DNA from: Felis catus
Taxonomy: Eukaryota
Direction: 5' to 3'
DNA length: 64,000 nt
Assembly: GCF_018350175.1 (NCBI RefSeq)
Contig: NC_058382.1
Span: forward strand, 56,856,001-56,920,000
Positions 49,566 to 62,270 of this stretch are shown here, in pieces. The translations under genes were made by a program, and so were the position numbers. Under the pieces are notes generated by a model. That model saw nothing but the letters and a program-made list of their open reading frames with translations, did no database searches and had not been told where the DNA came from. Numbering within the stretch: position 1 is the first letter of the stretch; every line of letters starts with the position of its first letter.

Positions 49566-52500
49566 AAAAAAAAATGCATGACTACACAGAGAGTGTGTAC
49601 CTGGACTGTAGCACCTTCCCCCGGAGAGCTGTAACCATTCATGTATTCTCCAAGTACCTGTTTCCCCTAAAGGTAGGCTCTCAGCACCCTACGGTTCTAT
49701 AGAAGGACAGTCTCAGCTGCTGATGGGCTGATACTCCAGGAAAGATGAGTGGCAGGATGTCAGAGGGAACAGAGCAAAGCTCACCTTCTCAGGTCCACAC
49801 AATACTTTGCAACCTTAACTTACGACACACAGCTCTGCTGACGCAGTTGAGAACAATGACAAGGCAGCACCACAAGAGAATTTTCTTTTAGGTACCTCTT
49901 AGAGACTAGAGACTATGAGATCAGGATGGGGGAATTTAAAAATACACTCAGAAGCAGAGCTGGAGACCTGTTGTGTAGTTAACAGCGATGAAAAGCTCTT
50001 TGGACCTTTGCATGGGGCCCCAAAGCCAGTCTAGATGGATTCTGGAATCATGCTTCACAGTGATATTGACCCCGCCCATGGGGAAGAAAGGCACTCTAGT
50101 CCCTCCCCCTGGATAAAGGTTAGGTTGTAACCCACAGAGCAGTCAAGGATGTACAAGGCACTTTTCATAAACTATTATCAATTTTAATGAGTTGCAAATT
50201 ACCTAACAACACGGTGCCTAAATTATAAGTGAAATGCTTCTGTTTTGCTAAAGCAGGAGCAGCTGCAGTTAAGTGATTGGAAGAATAAAGCCCTTAATCC
50301 TACAGATTAATAAGGCATGACCTTTCACGTTGGCAAGCATTTTATCTTTGGAGATGAATATCATCATTTACCTTATGTGGTCCAGATTTTCTGAAAAGGT
50401 TAAGGTCGTGCCTTCAGAGTACGCGAACCCTTCTGTTGAAGACTTCAACGAACACAAAATTGCTGGCCTGCCAAAATTGCTGGGGGCGGATAACAACTGT
50501 TAAGGAAAACACCAAGGTGGAGAGAGAACATTCTGGAACGCAGTAAGATGGAATCCCTTTGGAGGATGTGCTGACAATGGAGCAAACTGGCAGCAATTAG
50601 CACCGGGTAAATCCCTGTGTGACTGTCGCTCCTGCTCAGGTAATCACCAGAAAGGTCAAATGTTAGTCTCACTGTCTTATGTGGGCTGAAAACTGTCACA
50701 GGCAATTTCTCCTAAGAGCTCTGGAATCCCACGGGGGATGGTCATGGGCAGGCACGGCCTAGCCGGCTGCTGATTTCCAGCTTACGGCCTTTTGCTCCGA
50801 ATTCTGCTGGGTTGACCCTCCTGCCTCCCTCTTACCTATATAACCTCATCTTTATTCCTGAAATTGTACAGGGCTCAGCCTTCCTTGATGGTTATTCAAT
50901 GGCTCTTCTGCCCTCCGAGAAGATCTAAATTGTGACGCCACACACCAAAGGCAAATATTTTGCTTCAGTAAAGTCCAAGTGGCCTTGCCCCCAGCGCCCA
51001 CACTATGGAGAGAGTTAAAGAAAACAAAGGGGATGGTGGGGGCGGGGGGGGGGTGGAGATCAGTTCAGGTTCTTCCTCGAACTCAGCGCATGTGAGACAG
51101 TTCGAGCCAGGAAGCCCATCCTATCTCTAGCATCCGGATTAAGTCTTTCTGTGATTATCAGAGTGTCCCGTTCCCCATCTATTTTCATTCTGAAGAACAG
51201 GGGAACGGTAGTGTAAAAACAAGCCAAATTATCATTAAATTCGGCCGCACGTTCTCATGACTTAGCGACTCATAGAAAGCGTATTGGAGTCTGCCGGTGA
51301 AAAATGCGATGTGGGTTCCCAAGAAGACACAGATATAGAAGCAGGCAGACCAGCTGTAAGATTAAAATGGAATACACTGAGATAATGATTTTTCATAGGC
51401 TAAGATCTATCATGTCTCGACCTGCCTTTTCCCTCATTCCCTGTATAATAGATGTGCTGATAATGCCAGTTGACTCAAAATTGAAATATTGTGCAAAGTA
51501 CATTTAGATTGATTAAAAGAGAAAAAAAGTGTCATCTGGCTCCATAGGGAAATAACTACCAAATAATACCAGCTTCCAACAGGGGGTGGGGAGACCTGAA
51601 CTTCAGACAGATGCCTCGGATTCGTGGTCTTTCTTTTTGTACGTCCACCAAGTTGTAGATTGCATCGGGGGTGTAGTAAGATCCTTTAGATTAATTCTGC
51701 TTCAAATATGCTAGTTTGGGTAAAATCAAGCCATTAGTTATGATGGCAACCCAATTAAGCCAGTTTAACACCCCTTATCTCAGCTGTTATAGTAATTGAG
51801 GAAGAAAAATAAATTGAAGACCCAGCCATCATTCCTCGTTATTTCAAGTACCAGTAAAATATCAATCACGTTGAAAATACTAGCTACAATTTTGTCACTG
51901 ACAAAATGGCCCGATAAAAAAGCCCGGAGATCTGGTAATAGAGAGACGGAGATCGTGGCCATTTATTGACAGCATGCGCGGTCTGTGGAGAGAGTGGCGG
52001 CCCAGTGCTCTGCGACACCTGGAAATAAGCCAGCCCCCCAACCTCGATGGACCACGATTGGTCTGAGACTCCCCACCTGCTGGGTTGTTATAAGGACTGG
52101 AAATCATGAATGAAAATTCTGGCATCTAGTAAACACCTAGCAGATGTTTAAGTCAATGGACTTGGACCGAGTTACCAACTGATTTTCTAACCTTATCATT
52201 GCAGAATCACCCATGTCTGAGGCCAGCTAGGAAGTGCCACCTGACGACCACCCTGGTGGTGGTCTGAGCACTTTTCCAGGGAAGGGATGGGCCACAGAGT
52301 CCTCCACTCAGAGTAGCGCTCTAAATCAGAAAATTGGCCAAAACATGCCGCCTTCCACATGGGCATCGTACCTCTGCCTTATGGGGAAATTGAAGATTTA
52401 AGGGGAGATTCATCTCCCCGACAGAAGGACATTTCCATGTTGAGCAGCCAAATCAACTGTCTTAAGCACAATGTTTTCACACATTCATTGGGGAAAAGAA

Positions 52501-52699
52501 ACTGATTTGGGCATTAAAATACTGCCTGCGATGCCCATCTTTGCCAGCGCGGTTCCTCCTGCAGAAGCGTCTCTTAGCTGGTTCTCCTCTGTATCCCCAT
52601 TTCCCATTTTGGGGAATAGCAAAGCCGGCTGCACAGCCCCCACCCCCAGCTGGAACCCATCCCCCTGATGCCCCTCCGCCACCACCCCTAACCCCGCGC

Positions 52700-53172
52700 C
52701 TGGGTCCAGCCCGTGACCCCGCATCCCGACCGTGCTGGCGCCCAGCTGTCTTCCTGCGTCCTCGTGCCTCATTCAAGTCCCCTCCTCCCGTGCCTGCAGC
52801 ATCGTCTGCCTTGATCAAAGCCATTCTCCTGACTTCTTCCCACAAAACAGCCCCACGACTTCCTCCTTCCAGAACAACCGCTCCCTCTCCAAAAGTATTC
52901 TCAGTTCCTGCACGCACAAATGCTGTCTCTTCACAAAGCCTTCCGATCTGCCACCAGGCAGTAAGTTATTCCATGCCACAAGCTTCCACGACATCTTATC
53001 CTCATGTCTTTCCCCACTTTACCGTGCTGTCCCGCATCGGTGTACGTATCCATTCCTGCCACACCGTTAGCATCTCCAGAGCCGGCATCCGAGCTGTTGA
53101 TTCCCGCGCAGATCCGGCCAGGCACGCACGGGGCAGAGTCCCCAGTAAATGGTTGCTGACTGAATGAATGAA
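52700..53172 (+). mobile_element. L2 3' fragment
   Basis: Ends cccagtaaatggttgctgactgaatgaatgaa. Confidence 0.55.
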
Positions 53173-54644
53173 AAGAGGCATTCCTGTTTCACCACAGCCT
53201 CCCAATCAACTCTTCCCCCTTTTTCCTTTCCTCTGAAGTTAGCAGAATGGAGACAAACAAACAAACAAAAGACCAAAGTGTTGAATTCTTTACGAACCAC
53301 TCAGACTGCAGATTACTGTGTCCAACTCAACTCAACTCAACTCAACTTAAGGTTGAGTTATGTGAATAATTGCCTCAGGCCCACGTGCAGCATGACACGT
53401 GGAAACCTGCCATTGTATTTTGCAAACCTATTTTCTGACCGGGTTTTGGGTTGGTTTGCTATTAAATTTTTCAGAGTGTGAAATGGAACTGGCAAGCTCT
53501 GCATTAACACGGCAATCTTTTTAAATGCTTATGGATTTGAAAGCGACGAGATTCTTGGCTTATGGGGCACAGCCCAAAACGGATACGTAAATAGAGACAC
53601 TGAGAAGCCACCGCAGATCCAACATCAGCTGAAGAAAACAATACAAAGGATAATCTTATTTAGAGGAAGCGGGGTTCACTCTCACTTCTAAGCAAAGGCG
53701 AAGGTACGGTAGAGCCCTGTTCGTATGAAGAAATAGACGTGGCATTTCTTTGCTCATAGCTGCTTAGTGAGGGTTCAGCAGAAGCCCAGGAACACGGGGG
53801 GAACTTAGGCAGAGTAGATGGCCACCCGCACACCTCTTGCCCCTGTAAACAAGCCTCAGAAACCAGCTGGGGTGCCTTCCTTCTCTCAGGAGCCCACATC
53901 TGAACTTGGGCTCCTCTTACATTGACCTGTCTTCCTGATTTTCCTCCCAAAATTGGGTCCTCAAGCTTCTTGACGCATCATCTGAGGTCTCTCTCCTTGA
54001 CCCTAGTGTGGACTCCCTACCCTCAGCCCCAGTTTCACAGAGCCCATCCAATGCACCCTTTATTTCTCCTCTAGCGGGGACGAGGAAGGACGAGACTCTA
54101 GACAAGGTCACTACTGCTCTCAGAATAGAAGCAAGATAGAGCTGGAAACCTATGGAAATGTAGCCATATATGCTACATGTACGCAAAGAGCAATTCATCA
54201 TTAGCTCTTTCCGGTCAACCTAAGTTAACTCAAAAAATCTACTGAGTACCAGGCCGGAGAACAGTCCTGATGCTCAGAGCCCACGGGGCTCAGGAATAAG
54301 CTTCCTGCTTTTCTCCCCTGTCTCTCTCTCTCCCTGCATTTTATTCTTCACATAGGCAAACTCACTTTGCACACTATTCCCCATCGAAAATCACTTCCAC
54401 TCAAGAGTCCCAAGGTAGGGGCCATGCTGCATGCCTCTAGACCCAGCTCAGGGACGACGTGAGACCAGAGACTAGAAAAACCTACCACCTCCCTGTACTT
54501 TGCAGAGCTAGTTCTGAAAGTTCTTGTCCAGATCCCGGTGGTCTGTGTGTATGAAGCCAGCCTGTCCCACTGTGGTGAGACCAGGGACCCTACTCTTCCA
54601 AGGGGACGCTCTTGAGGACATACATTTGGAGCACTGCAGCAGGT

Positions 54645-55055
54645 GAAAAACGTCCCTTCTATGGCCGTGTTCACAGCGGCATGATTCATATCAGACCAAG
54701 AGCACCAACAACCCAAATGTCCGTCAAAACACGGTCTGGCCTTGGAATGCAGTAGCATTCAGCCATAAAAAGAAAGTGATTCCTGCGACAACATGGATGA
54801 ACTTCAAACCCATGATGCCAAGTGAAAGAGACCAGACAGGGAAGGCCACTTACTCTACGATTCCATTTATAGAAACGTCCAGAAAACATGAATCTGTAGA
54901 GAAAGAAAGTAGATCAGTGGTTGCCTAGAGCTGGAAGTTAGGTATGAAGAGTTAAGTACAAGTGAGCCCCAGCTTCCTTTTTGGAGTGATGGAAAGGTTC
55001 TAAAATTAGGTGGCAGGGGTAAGCCCAACCCTGTAAATATACCAAATATCAATTC
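54645..55055 (+). mobile_element. L1MB/MC-like 3'UTR fragment
   Basis: acaacccaaatgtccgtc...caacatggatgaacttcaaa...tagatcagtggttgcctag. Confidence 0.82.
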
Positions 55056-55302
55056 GTCATAAAAACAAACAAAGGAGTGAGAGAAAAGAAAGAGTTGCCA
55101 AAATATTTTTAAACCTCTGTATAACTTTTGAATTTACGTTTCTGTTTCTGATTATTACAATGGACATAGTTACTATAAAGAAAAAAATTTAAAGTATTAT
55201 TTTAATGTTAATTACCTGGAGCAAAAATCACTAGGTTTGGTATATTTCTTTCTAATCTTTTTCTAATTATAGATATTTTAATTAGGATTACACTATGTGG
55301 GG

Positions 55303-55711
55303 TTTTTTTTTAATTTTTTTTTTCAACGTTTATTTATTTTTGGGACAGAGAGAGACAGAGCATGAATGGGGGAGGGGCAGAGAGAGAGGGAGACACAGAA
55401 TCAGAAACAGGCTCCAGGCTCTGAGCCATCAGCCCAGAGCCTGACGTGGGGCTCGAACTCATGGACCGCGAGATCGTGACCTGGCTGAAGTCGGACGCTT
55501 AACCGACTGTGCCACCCAGGCGCCCCTATGTGGGTTTTTTTAATGCTTATTTATTTTAGAGAGAGAGGGAGACACAGAATTTGAAGCAGGCTCCAGGCTC
55601 TGAGCCATCAGCAGAGAGACCAATGTGGGGTTTGATCTCAGGAACCAAACTGTGAGATCATGACCTGAGCCAAAGTCAGACATGTAATCTACTGAGCCAC
55701 CCAGGTGCCCC
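55303..55711 (-). mobile_element. Young CanSINE (55303-55526) inserted at the tail of an older CanSINE (55533-55711)
   Basis: Inner TSD tatgtggg(g)tttt; outer tacact(a/t)tgt. Confidence 0.94.
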
Positions 55712-55794
55712 TACACTTTGTTTTTAGTTGTGTCTCTTACCAATAAGATATATAGATATGTAGATGATGTATAGATATGTAGCTACATAAATTA

Positions 55795-55795
55795 T

Positions 55796-55833
<38 letters not shown>
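55795..55833. repeat. (CA)n microsatellite
   Basis: Direct read. Confidence 0.95.
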
Positions 55834-56009
55834 CTGGCATCTAAATAATGGAATCTATCAGGAAAATCAGTATTTTTTGGCTATAGTGGAAATCCTATTT
55901 GGTCAGGATTCTGAGTAAAACAAAATAAAATACTCACGAACAGAGGTATCCCAGACCAGCTGCCTGAACTTACAGCTGTACTTACAAGGTCTGCAATACC
56001 TTCTGTGAA

Positions 56010-56098
56010 TGTAGGTGCCTTTCTCTGGAAGCAGGACCATGGCCTTCACCAAACTCCCAAAGGAGGACCCACTTCCCATTCCATTTAAAATCCACTGC
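56010..56098. mobile_element. MER103-like hAT fragment
   Basis: ttctctggaagcaggaccatggccttcaccaaactcccaaaggagg...ttaaaatccactg. Confidence 0.5.
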
Positions 56099-56722
56099 CA
56101 GGAATGGTCCATCTCTCAGGGGCCTTTCTATCTTCTAACCTATGAAGACGGGAGCCCCGGCAACCACAGGTGATCCCTCCAGAGGATGAATGTCCTCTGA
56201 TCCTTAAAGCAGCTACCCTGAGAACATGGCCCATGGGCTCCTGGCGGAGGGGAGCTGCAAGGAGGAATCATAGTTCTAGCTCCACATCCTGGGAGTTTTG
56301 CTCAAATTGAAGCTTTTTCCCTACTGAAATCGAAAATCCACAGGAGAGGATTTCTCACCCATGCTTTGGTGCTGACATTTGGTCCTGCTGAGTAGGCCAC
56401 TAGGGACTGACGATGGCCAGTAGAAAGGGATGAGAAGGGGAGGGGGATTTTTGCCGAAACCCAGAAGCTCCCATATTTGCGGGGCCCCTGGAGCTATCTC
56501 CTAATGCCTTCTCATCCATTCTACCAAATGATGGCACTTCATCATGATATATTCAGAGTGGAATATATTCATGATATATTCAGAGTGGAAAAAAATATAA
56601 TGGATTCCTCTGAGATGCTCACTTATTCAATAAAAAAAAAAGAAAAATAATTTTCCAATTAAGAAATTCTACCAAAGACAAGCTGACAGTGGAAAGCCAA
56701 GCTCAAAGTAATTACACATTTC

Positions 56723-56939
56723 TTTTTTTTTTTTTTAACGTTTATTTATTTTTGAGACAGAGAGAGACAGAGCATGAACGGGGGAGGGGCAGAGAGAGAG
56801 GGAGACACAGAATCGGAAACAGGCTCCAGGCTCTGAGCGGTCAGCACAGAGCCTGACGCGGGGCTCGAACTCACGGACCGTGACATCATGACCTGAGCCG
56901 AGGTCGAACACTTAGCCAACCGAGCCACCCAGGCGCCCC
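56723..56939 (-). mobile_element. CanSINE
   Basis: TSD atttctttt. Confidence 0.94.
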
Positions 56940-57627
56940 ATTTCTTTTGAGTTCTCGATCCAACCAAAGTTGGTGGCGTGCCACCATGAGAAGTTGGCAT
57001 CCTTCTGCTGGTGAATGACGTTTGTGTTTCGACGTCAGCAGCTATTTATTGGAATGCTTATTCTAAAACTCTCCCTGGGTGTCGATACGTTTACATTTCC
57101 ACCAGCCCCGCTGAAAAGTCTCTATTGTCACTTCTTGACTCACTGCCCGGCTTCCTTCCAGCTGGTTCTTCCATAGTGGAAGGCTCTCAGAGAGAAGTCA
57201 TCAGTCCCCTTCTCCTTGCAAAATCCCGTGGCTTCTCTCTACCCCTTATCCTCTGGGGCGTCACGACACATTTCACTGCCGTCCATTGCCTCCTCTTCCA
57301 ATTTACGTCCCCTCTGTCTTCTGCAAGCCACCAGCCGCTCGTTAAACTCCGGGGTTTCCTCACCCTTCACCCCTTGGCCATTCTGCCCTGTCACGTCGCG
57401 TTGCCTGATAGGCTAGGACTATTTCAAAGCCTCTCTGCTGACAAGTCCTCCATCGCTACCCAGCGCTGGCGTGTCTCCTAAGCTCTGTGCGCTTTTACAC
57501 GGGCGCACTGAATTTGAGGGGCTGTTCGCCCCATCAGAGCTGAACTCGCGTCTCTGCGCTCCCCACTACCTTCCGCTTTTCTGCGAGCAGCCTCATCTGA
57601 GTGCATGATCACCAAGACAAGACGTCT

Positions 57628-57842
57628 CTTTCTTTCTTCCTTTTTCAATGCTTACTTATTTACTTCTGGGAGAGAGCATGAGTGGGGGGCCGCAGAGAGA
57701 GAGGGAGAGGGAGCATCCCAAGCAGGCTCCACGCTGTCAGCACAGCACCCAACGCGAGGCTCAAACTCAACAAACCGTGAGATCGTGACCTGAGCTGAAA
57801 TCGCGAGTTGGACACTTAACCGACTGAACCACCCAGGCGCCC
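57628..57842 (-). mobile_element. CanSINE within degenerate L2-like sequence
   Basis: TSD aagacgt(c/t)tctttctt. Confidence 0.92.
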
Positions 57843-58475
57843 AAAAAAGACGTTTCTTTCTTATTCCAACTTGCCCACATCGTGACATCATGACCACCTA
57901 TCGCTGGTCTCCCTGCCTCCAACGTCCAACATCTCCTGCCAGTATCACGTGTGTTTCCATAAATCAGTCAGAGCAGATGTTCTGCCGTCTCTCTGAAAAG
58001 CCTCCGGTGACTTCATGTGGTCCGCGGAATCAGTACAAGCAACTCGTCATGAAAGTCAAGGCCCCCTGTCCTGCCAGACACGCTCAGCCTCATCTCCTTG
58101 CTGTCTTGCCATGTGCCCTGCGCTAGGGTGCGGCCCGTGATGGCACCGGATGACTTTGTATGTATCCACGTGGACCAGCAGGCTTGTAGGAACTGCTGTT
58201 TCTCACCTGCCTCCCTGGGTCCCCTGGGAGGCTGTCACCAGACAGCTTGCCATCTCCTTCTGGGTTGATGAGAGATTAGGCTTCCTGCCTGCCCTTGTTG
58301 GGGCACAGCTGCAGGCTACAAACTGCTGGGAAGCACCTTGCCAGTGGTTCCCGGTTGTAGTCACCTGGTCCCTTTGGCTTAACGACACCCGCGCCAGGGC
58401 CACCTCTGCCTGCTCACCCTTTTACTGTCTAGCTGATGGCAGAATAACCTGCCTGATTCTAAAAAGTTCTCACCA

Positions 58476-58703
58476 GGGGCGCCTGAGTGGCGCAGTCGGT
58501 TAAGCGTCCGACTTCAGCCAGGTCACGATCTCGCGGTCCGTGGGTTCGAGCCCCGCATCAGGCTCTGGGCTGATGGCTCAGAGCCTGGAGCTTGCTTCCG
58601 ATTCTGTGTCTCCCTCTCTCTCTGCCCCTCCCCCGTTCATGCTCAGTCTCTCTCTGTCCCAAAAATAAATAAACGTTGAAAAATAAATAAAAAATAAATA
58701 AAA
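58476..58703 (+). mobile_element. Young SINEC_Fc-type CanSINE
   Basis: Diagnostic head. TSD aaaaag(t/g)tctca(c/t)ca. Confidence 0.95.
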
Positions 58704-59694
58704 AGGTCTCATCATTTCCTTACCGGCGGAATCTGTCGGACCGTGCCTTGCCTTGCACGTGATACCTGTACCCTGAGCTCAAATGTTCACCACCCTTCGA
58801 ACCCCCACATGATTCATAACTCGACTTTAGTCTTACTGTGCATTTCAAGAAATCAACACAGTAGGAAGTAAAATAACACTGGGCTTTTTAAGTACAACTG
58901 AGGATAGGAAAAATTAAACCGAGCCCGACAATTTAGGTTAGTAATAGTGCATAAAATTCGAGTACCATATTTGACGGGGGCGCCAAATCCTTTTTGGAAT
59001 AGGGCAAATCCATACGCTTACGATGTGTGGCCTGCCAATTTCGGTCTAACCTTTCTCACAGAAATTAGGAACTATTAACGAATGGTTTGTCCCAAGACGA
59101 AATCTCTAATGCATAGCTGATTAAAAATAAATTTAGGAAAAAGGAAGTAAAGTCACTCTGAGTCTTACTGAAATGAAACATTCTTTTCTTTGAGTGAAAG
59201 ACACTATCACCTGGGTGATTAGAATGGCTTTTTAAAAATAATGTTCCCTCCAGTAAAAAACGTGGAAGTCGAGGAAATATTGAAAATGCAAGGCCTTAAA
59301 AATAAGACCCAAAGATTATATTACAGTTGCTTCATCTGTCCCAGTAGCCAGCTAGTGACTTTGTTACTCGTCACTAACCTGACTTTCTAAATCTGTCCTA
59401 TGCTGCCAGGCCAGCCAGGCCAGCCCCCCCAGACCCATTTCACCCACAGAGGAAAACCCCGGATTAGCTCCTTCTCTCTCCAGTCAACTGGCCAGTCAAG
59501 GCAGAACTATTCCATACGTGCAAAACACAGCCTCCTCTCATGGGACCTCCGTCCTCCCCTGTCCCAACAGCACATGTGAATACTCGGGTATTTAGATAAA
59601 GCTTTCATTTGGTAAGTGAGGACAGGTCCCATTTGCTATCTCCATTCTTTGCCTCTAATTTGTTATTATGGCTAGTGTGCTAAAGAATTGATGT

Positions 59695-59897
59695 ATTTTT
59701 ATTTTTTTTTTAATGTTTATTTATTTTGAAAAAGAGAGAATGCGAATGGGTTAGGGGCAGAGAGAGAGAGAGACACAGAATCCGAAGCAGGCTCCAGGCT
59801 CCGAGCTGTCAGCACAGAGCCCGACGCGGGGCTCGAACTCCGGAATGGTGAGATCATGACCATGATGGCTCGACCGACTGAGCCACCCAGGCGCCCC
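59695..59897 (-). mobile_element. CanSINE ending 200 nt upstream of exon 12
   Basis: 15-bp TSD gtgtgctaaagaatt (59675-59689, 59899-59913). Confidence 0.95.
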
Positions 59898-60096
59898 CGT
59901 GTGCTAAAGAATTTAAATCAGAGGTTTTGTATATGAGAAAAGGCTTTTAACCAGTCGACTTTATACAGATGCATAAGCTATTGTCTTCAGTCCTGTTCGA
60001 AACCTGTTAGCAGGTGGCCAGCACACTGGAGGAAAGCAGGTGACAGAGGTCTCTTGCAACAGCTCCTTGCTAACGCCTTCGCTCTCTGCCCCATAG

Positions 60097-60330
60097 GCAA
60101 CCCTCCCGCTACAGGCACCGGGACTTTGCTGATCACTCTGGAGGATGTCAACGACAATGCCCCCTTCATCTACCCCACGGTGGCTGAAGTCTGTGATGAT
60201 GCCAAAAACCTCAGCGTAGTCATTTTGGGAGCATCAGATAAGGACCTTCACCCAAATACAGACCCTTTCAAATTTGAGATCCACAAACAAGCCGTTCCTG
60301 ACAAAGTCTGGAAGATCTCCAAGATCAACA
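60097..60330 (+). CDS. CDH13: CDH13 coding exon (exon 12 equivalent), EC4/EC5, 234 nt, phase 1-1
   Basis: Branch-like gctaac (60069-60074), acceptor ccccatag|GC and donor ACA|gtaagt. Translates (G)[77 protein letters not shown], with the DxNDNxP and DxD Ca2+-binding motifs. Lies inside ORF 60054-60449. Confidence 0.98.
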
Positions 60331-60644
60331 GTAAGTCCAGTTACACATTCTGTAGCTGCTCCTTGGGCTTTGAAGCCTGGCTTCCCCAGCCTGCCTCCCT
60401 TCCCCAGACCCTTGCTCCCTCCTACTCGCTCCTGGTCTCAAGGGGTTGATTTCAAGTGATTCACACCCTGTTGGTGCTGACAGTTTCCCCACCAGCAGAT
60501 GAACACAATCTGTACACATACATATCGGTTTCTTAAAAATGCACGCATCAGAGTTTTCTCTTTTGTTTCTTTTCTTATCTCTTCTGCACTCTACATGGTG
60601 TATTGTATACCCTGTACCATACGCCCTATACCGTAAGTGATTTC

Positions 60645-60802
60645 ATCTCAGATCATGATCTCACAGTCAGTGAGTTCGACCCCCGTGTCAGGCTCTGTGC
60701 TGACAGCTCAGAGCCTGGAGCCTGCTTCAGATTCTGTGCCTCCCTCTCGGTCTGTCTCTCTCTCTCTCTCTGTCTCAAAATAATAAATAAACATTAAAAA
60801 AA
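60645..60802 (+). mobile_element. 5'-truncated CanSINE
   Basis: ctcagatcatgatctcacagtcagtgagttcgacccccg...A tail. Confidence 0.9.
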
Positions 60803-61239
60803 TGTAAAGAGTCTCAGCCTCTGACACTCCATCGCCCACTTTACACTGCAGACCTCCTCAAAATTACCTTCGTCTTTGCAACAACCGTGGCTTTCACGTT
60901 CCACCGCGATATCACCTCTCAGCCGTCCTGTCCCTCACTTATGACACATGCAAGCCCCGTCCCTTCTACCAGTGTTTCCCTGTGGGAAGGCAGAATTCCG
61001 AACTTGGCCCAACATGTCCCATCTGCCTTCCTAAGGCCGCAACACCAGGGTGCTGACCGAGGTACATTCCCCGTATCCACATCACCGCGCCCGCTTCCCT
61101 CCCCGGGGCAAATGTGAGCTCACTGCCGGGTTCCCCTGGTTGTGCAATGAAGTGAAAAACCAGGATCCACGCATGTGACCCACACTCTGTCTCCGGTAGT
61201 GAACTTCTCCTGCAGCTGACCCAGCCAGGGTACCCTCCT

Positions 61240-61560
61240 CGTCCACCAGCGGTAGACTTTTCGAGAGGGATGGGGAATTACGCATTTCATTAACTTCTGG
61301 AAATGTACAGTTGCGCATAAAATTTTCTATTAAAACACCTCGTATGCATTGAATGGCCTTATCTCATATCTCATTTTATTAGTGCCTTCCTTTTGTTATT
61401 GATTCCATTTGCCTGTTTGTCTATTTTATTGCTTTTTTAAGGAATGAGTTCTGTTACACTGATTATTTTTAATTAAAACAACCGTTCTCTTGTTTGAGGG
61501 GCTGGTGCTTCCTTTGCTGGTTTTTGTGGCTGTAGCGGATTTCAATAACCATCACCAGCT
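61240..61560 (-). mobile_element. Very old L1 ORF2 fragment
   Basis: T-rich degenerate L1 reverse motifs (gtttgtctattttattgcttttttaaggaatgag). Confidence 0.45.
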
Positions 61561-61869
61561 CTTTCCAGAAAGTTCCAGCTGGAACTTCTTCGAGTGTCTC
61601 GTCCACTCGAGGGAGATGGGAGAATGTTCCTTCCGTTATCCTGCCTCCTCACTGGGGTGACTGCGTACATCGGTTATTTCTGCTGCTTCTCCTTCTGGTC
61701 AGGGTGACACTTCATGTGTTTCTGCTTCCGTGTCATTGCTCCGTCTTCCTCACGGTTTTATGTAAGAGATGGAGACTTCTCAGTCCTTTGCCTTGTCCTA
61801 GTTTTTTTTTTTTTTTAATACCTAACACCGTTCATGCCCAGAAAGAGGCAGTCAAAAAAAATTGGGTGT

Positions 61870-62270
61870 GTACATATATATAATATATATGTTACATATA
61901 TATTATATATAACATACATATAATATATACAACATACATATAATATATATAGCATACATATGATAAATGTTATATATTATACATATGTTATATATATGTT
62001 ATATATTTTTATATATATGTTACATAAAATATATATATCATATATATGTTATATATATAAATGTTATATATGTTTTATATATATGTTATATAAATTATAT
62101 ATATGTTATATATGTTATATATAATATATGTGTTATATATATGTTATATTTTATATATGTTATAATATATTTTATATATTTTTTAGATATGTTGTATATA
62201 ATATATATGTTATATATATTATATATGTGTGTGTTATATATAATATATATGTGTGTAATATACATATATC
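61870..62270. repeat. ~400-bp degenerate (TA)n-rich tract in intron 12
   Basis: Direct read. Confidence 0.95.

Noticed and set aside
52541..53167. 208-aa Pro-rich ORF
   Set aside because: C-rich sequence overlapping decayed L2; no recognisable domain or gene structure
53322..53359. (CTCAA)n followed by gttgagtt forming an 8-bp hairpin
   Set aside because: Too short and low-complexity to be distinguished from chance
60054..60449. ORF as a standalone 131-aa gene
   Set aside because: Only 60097-60330 is exon; the rest is open intronic flank bounded by canonical splice sites
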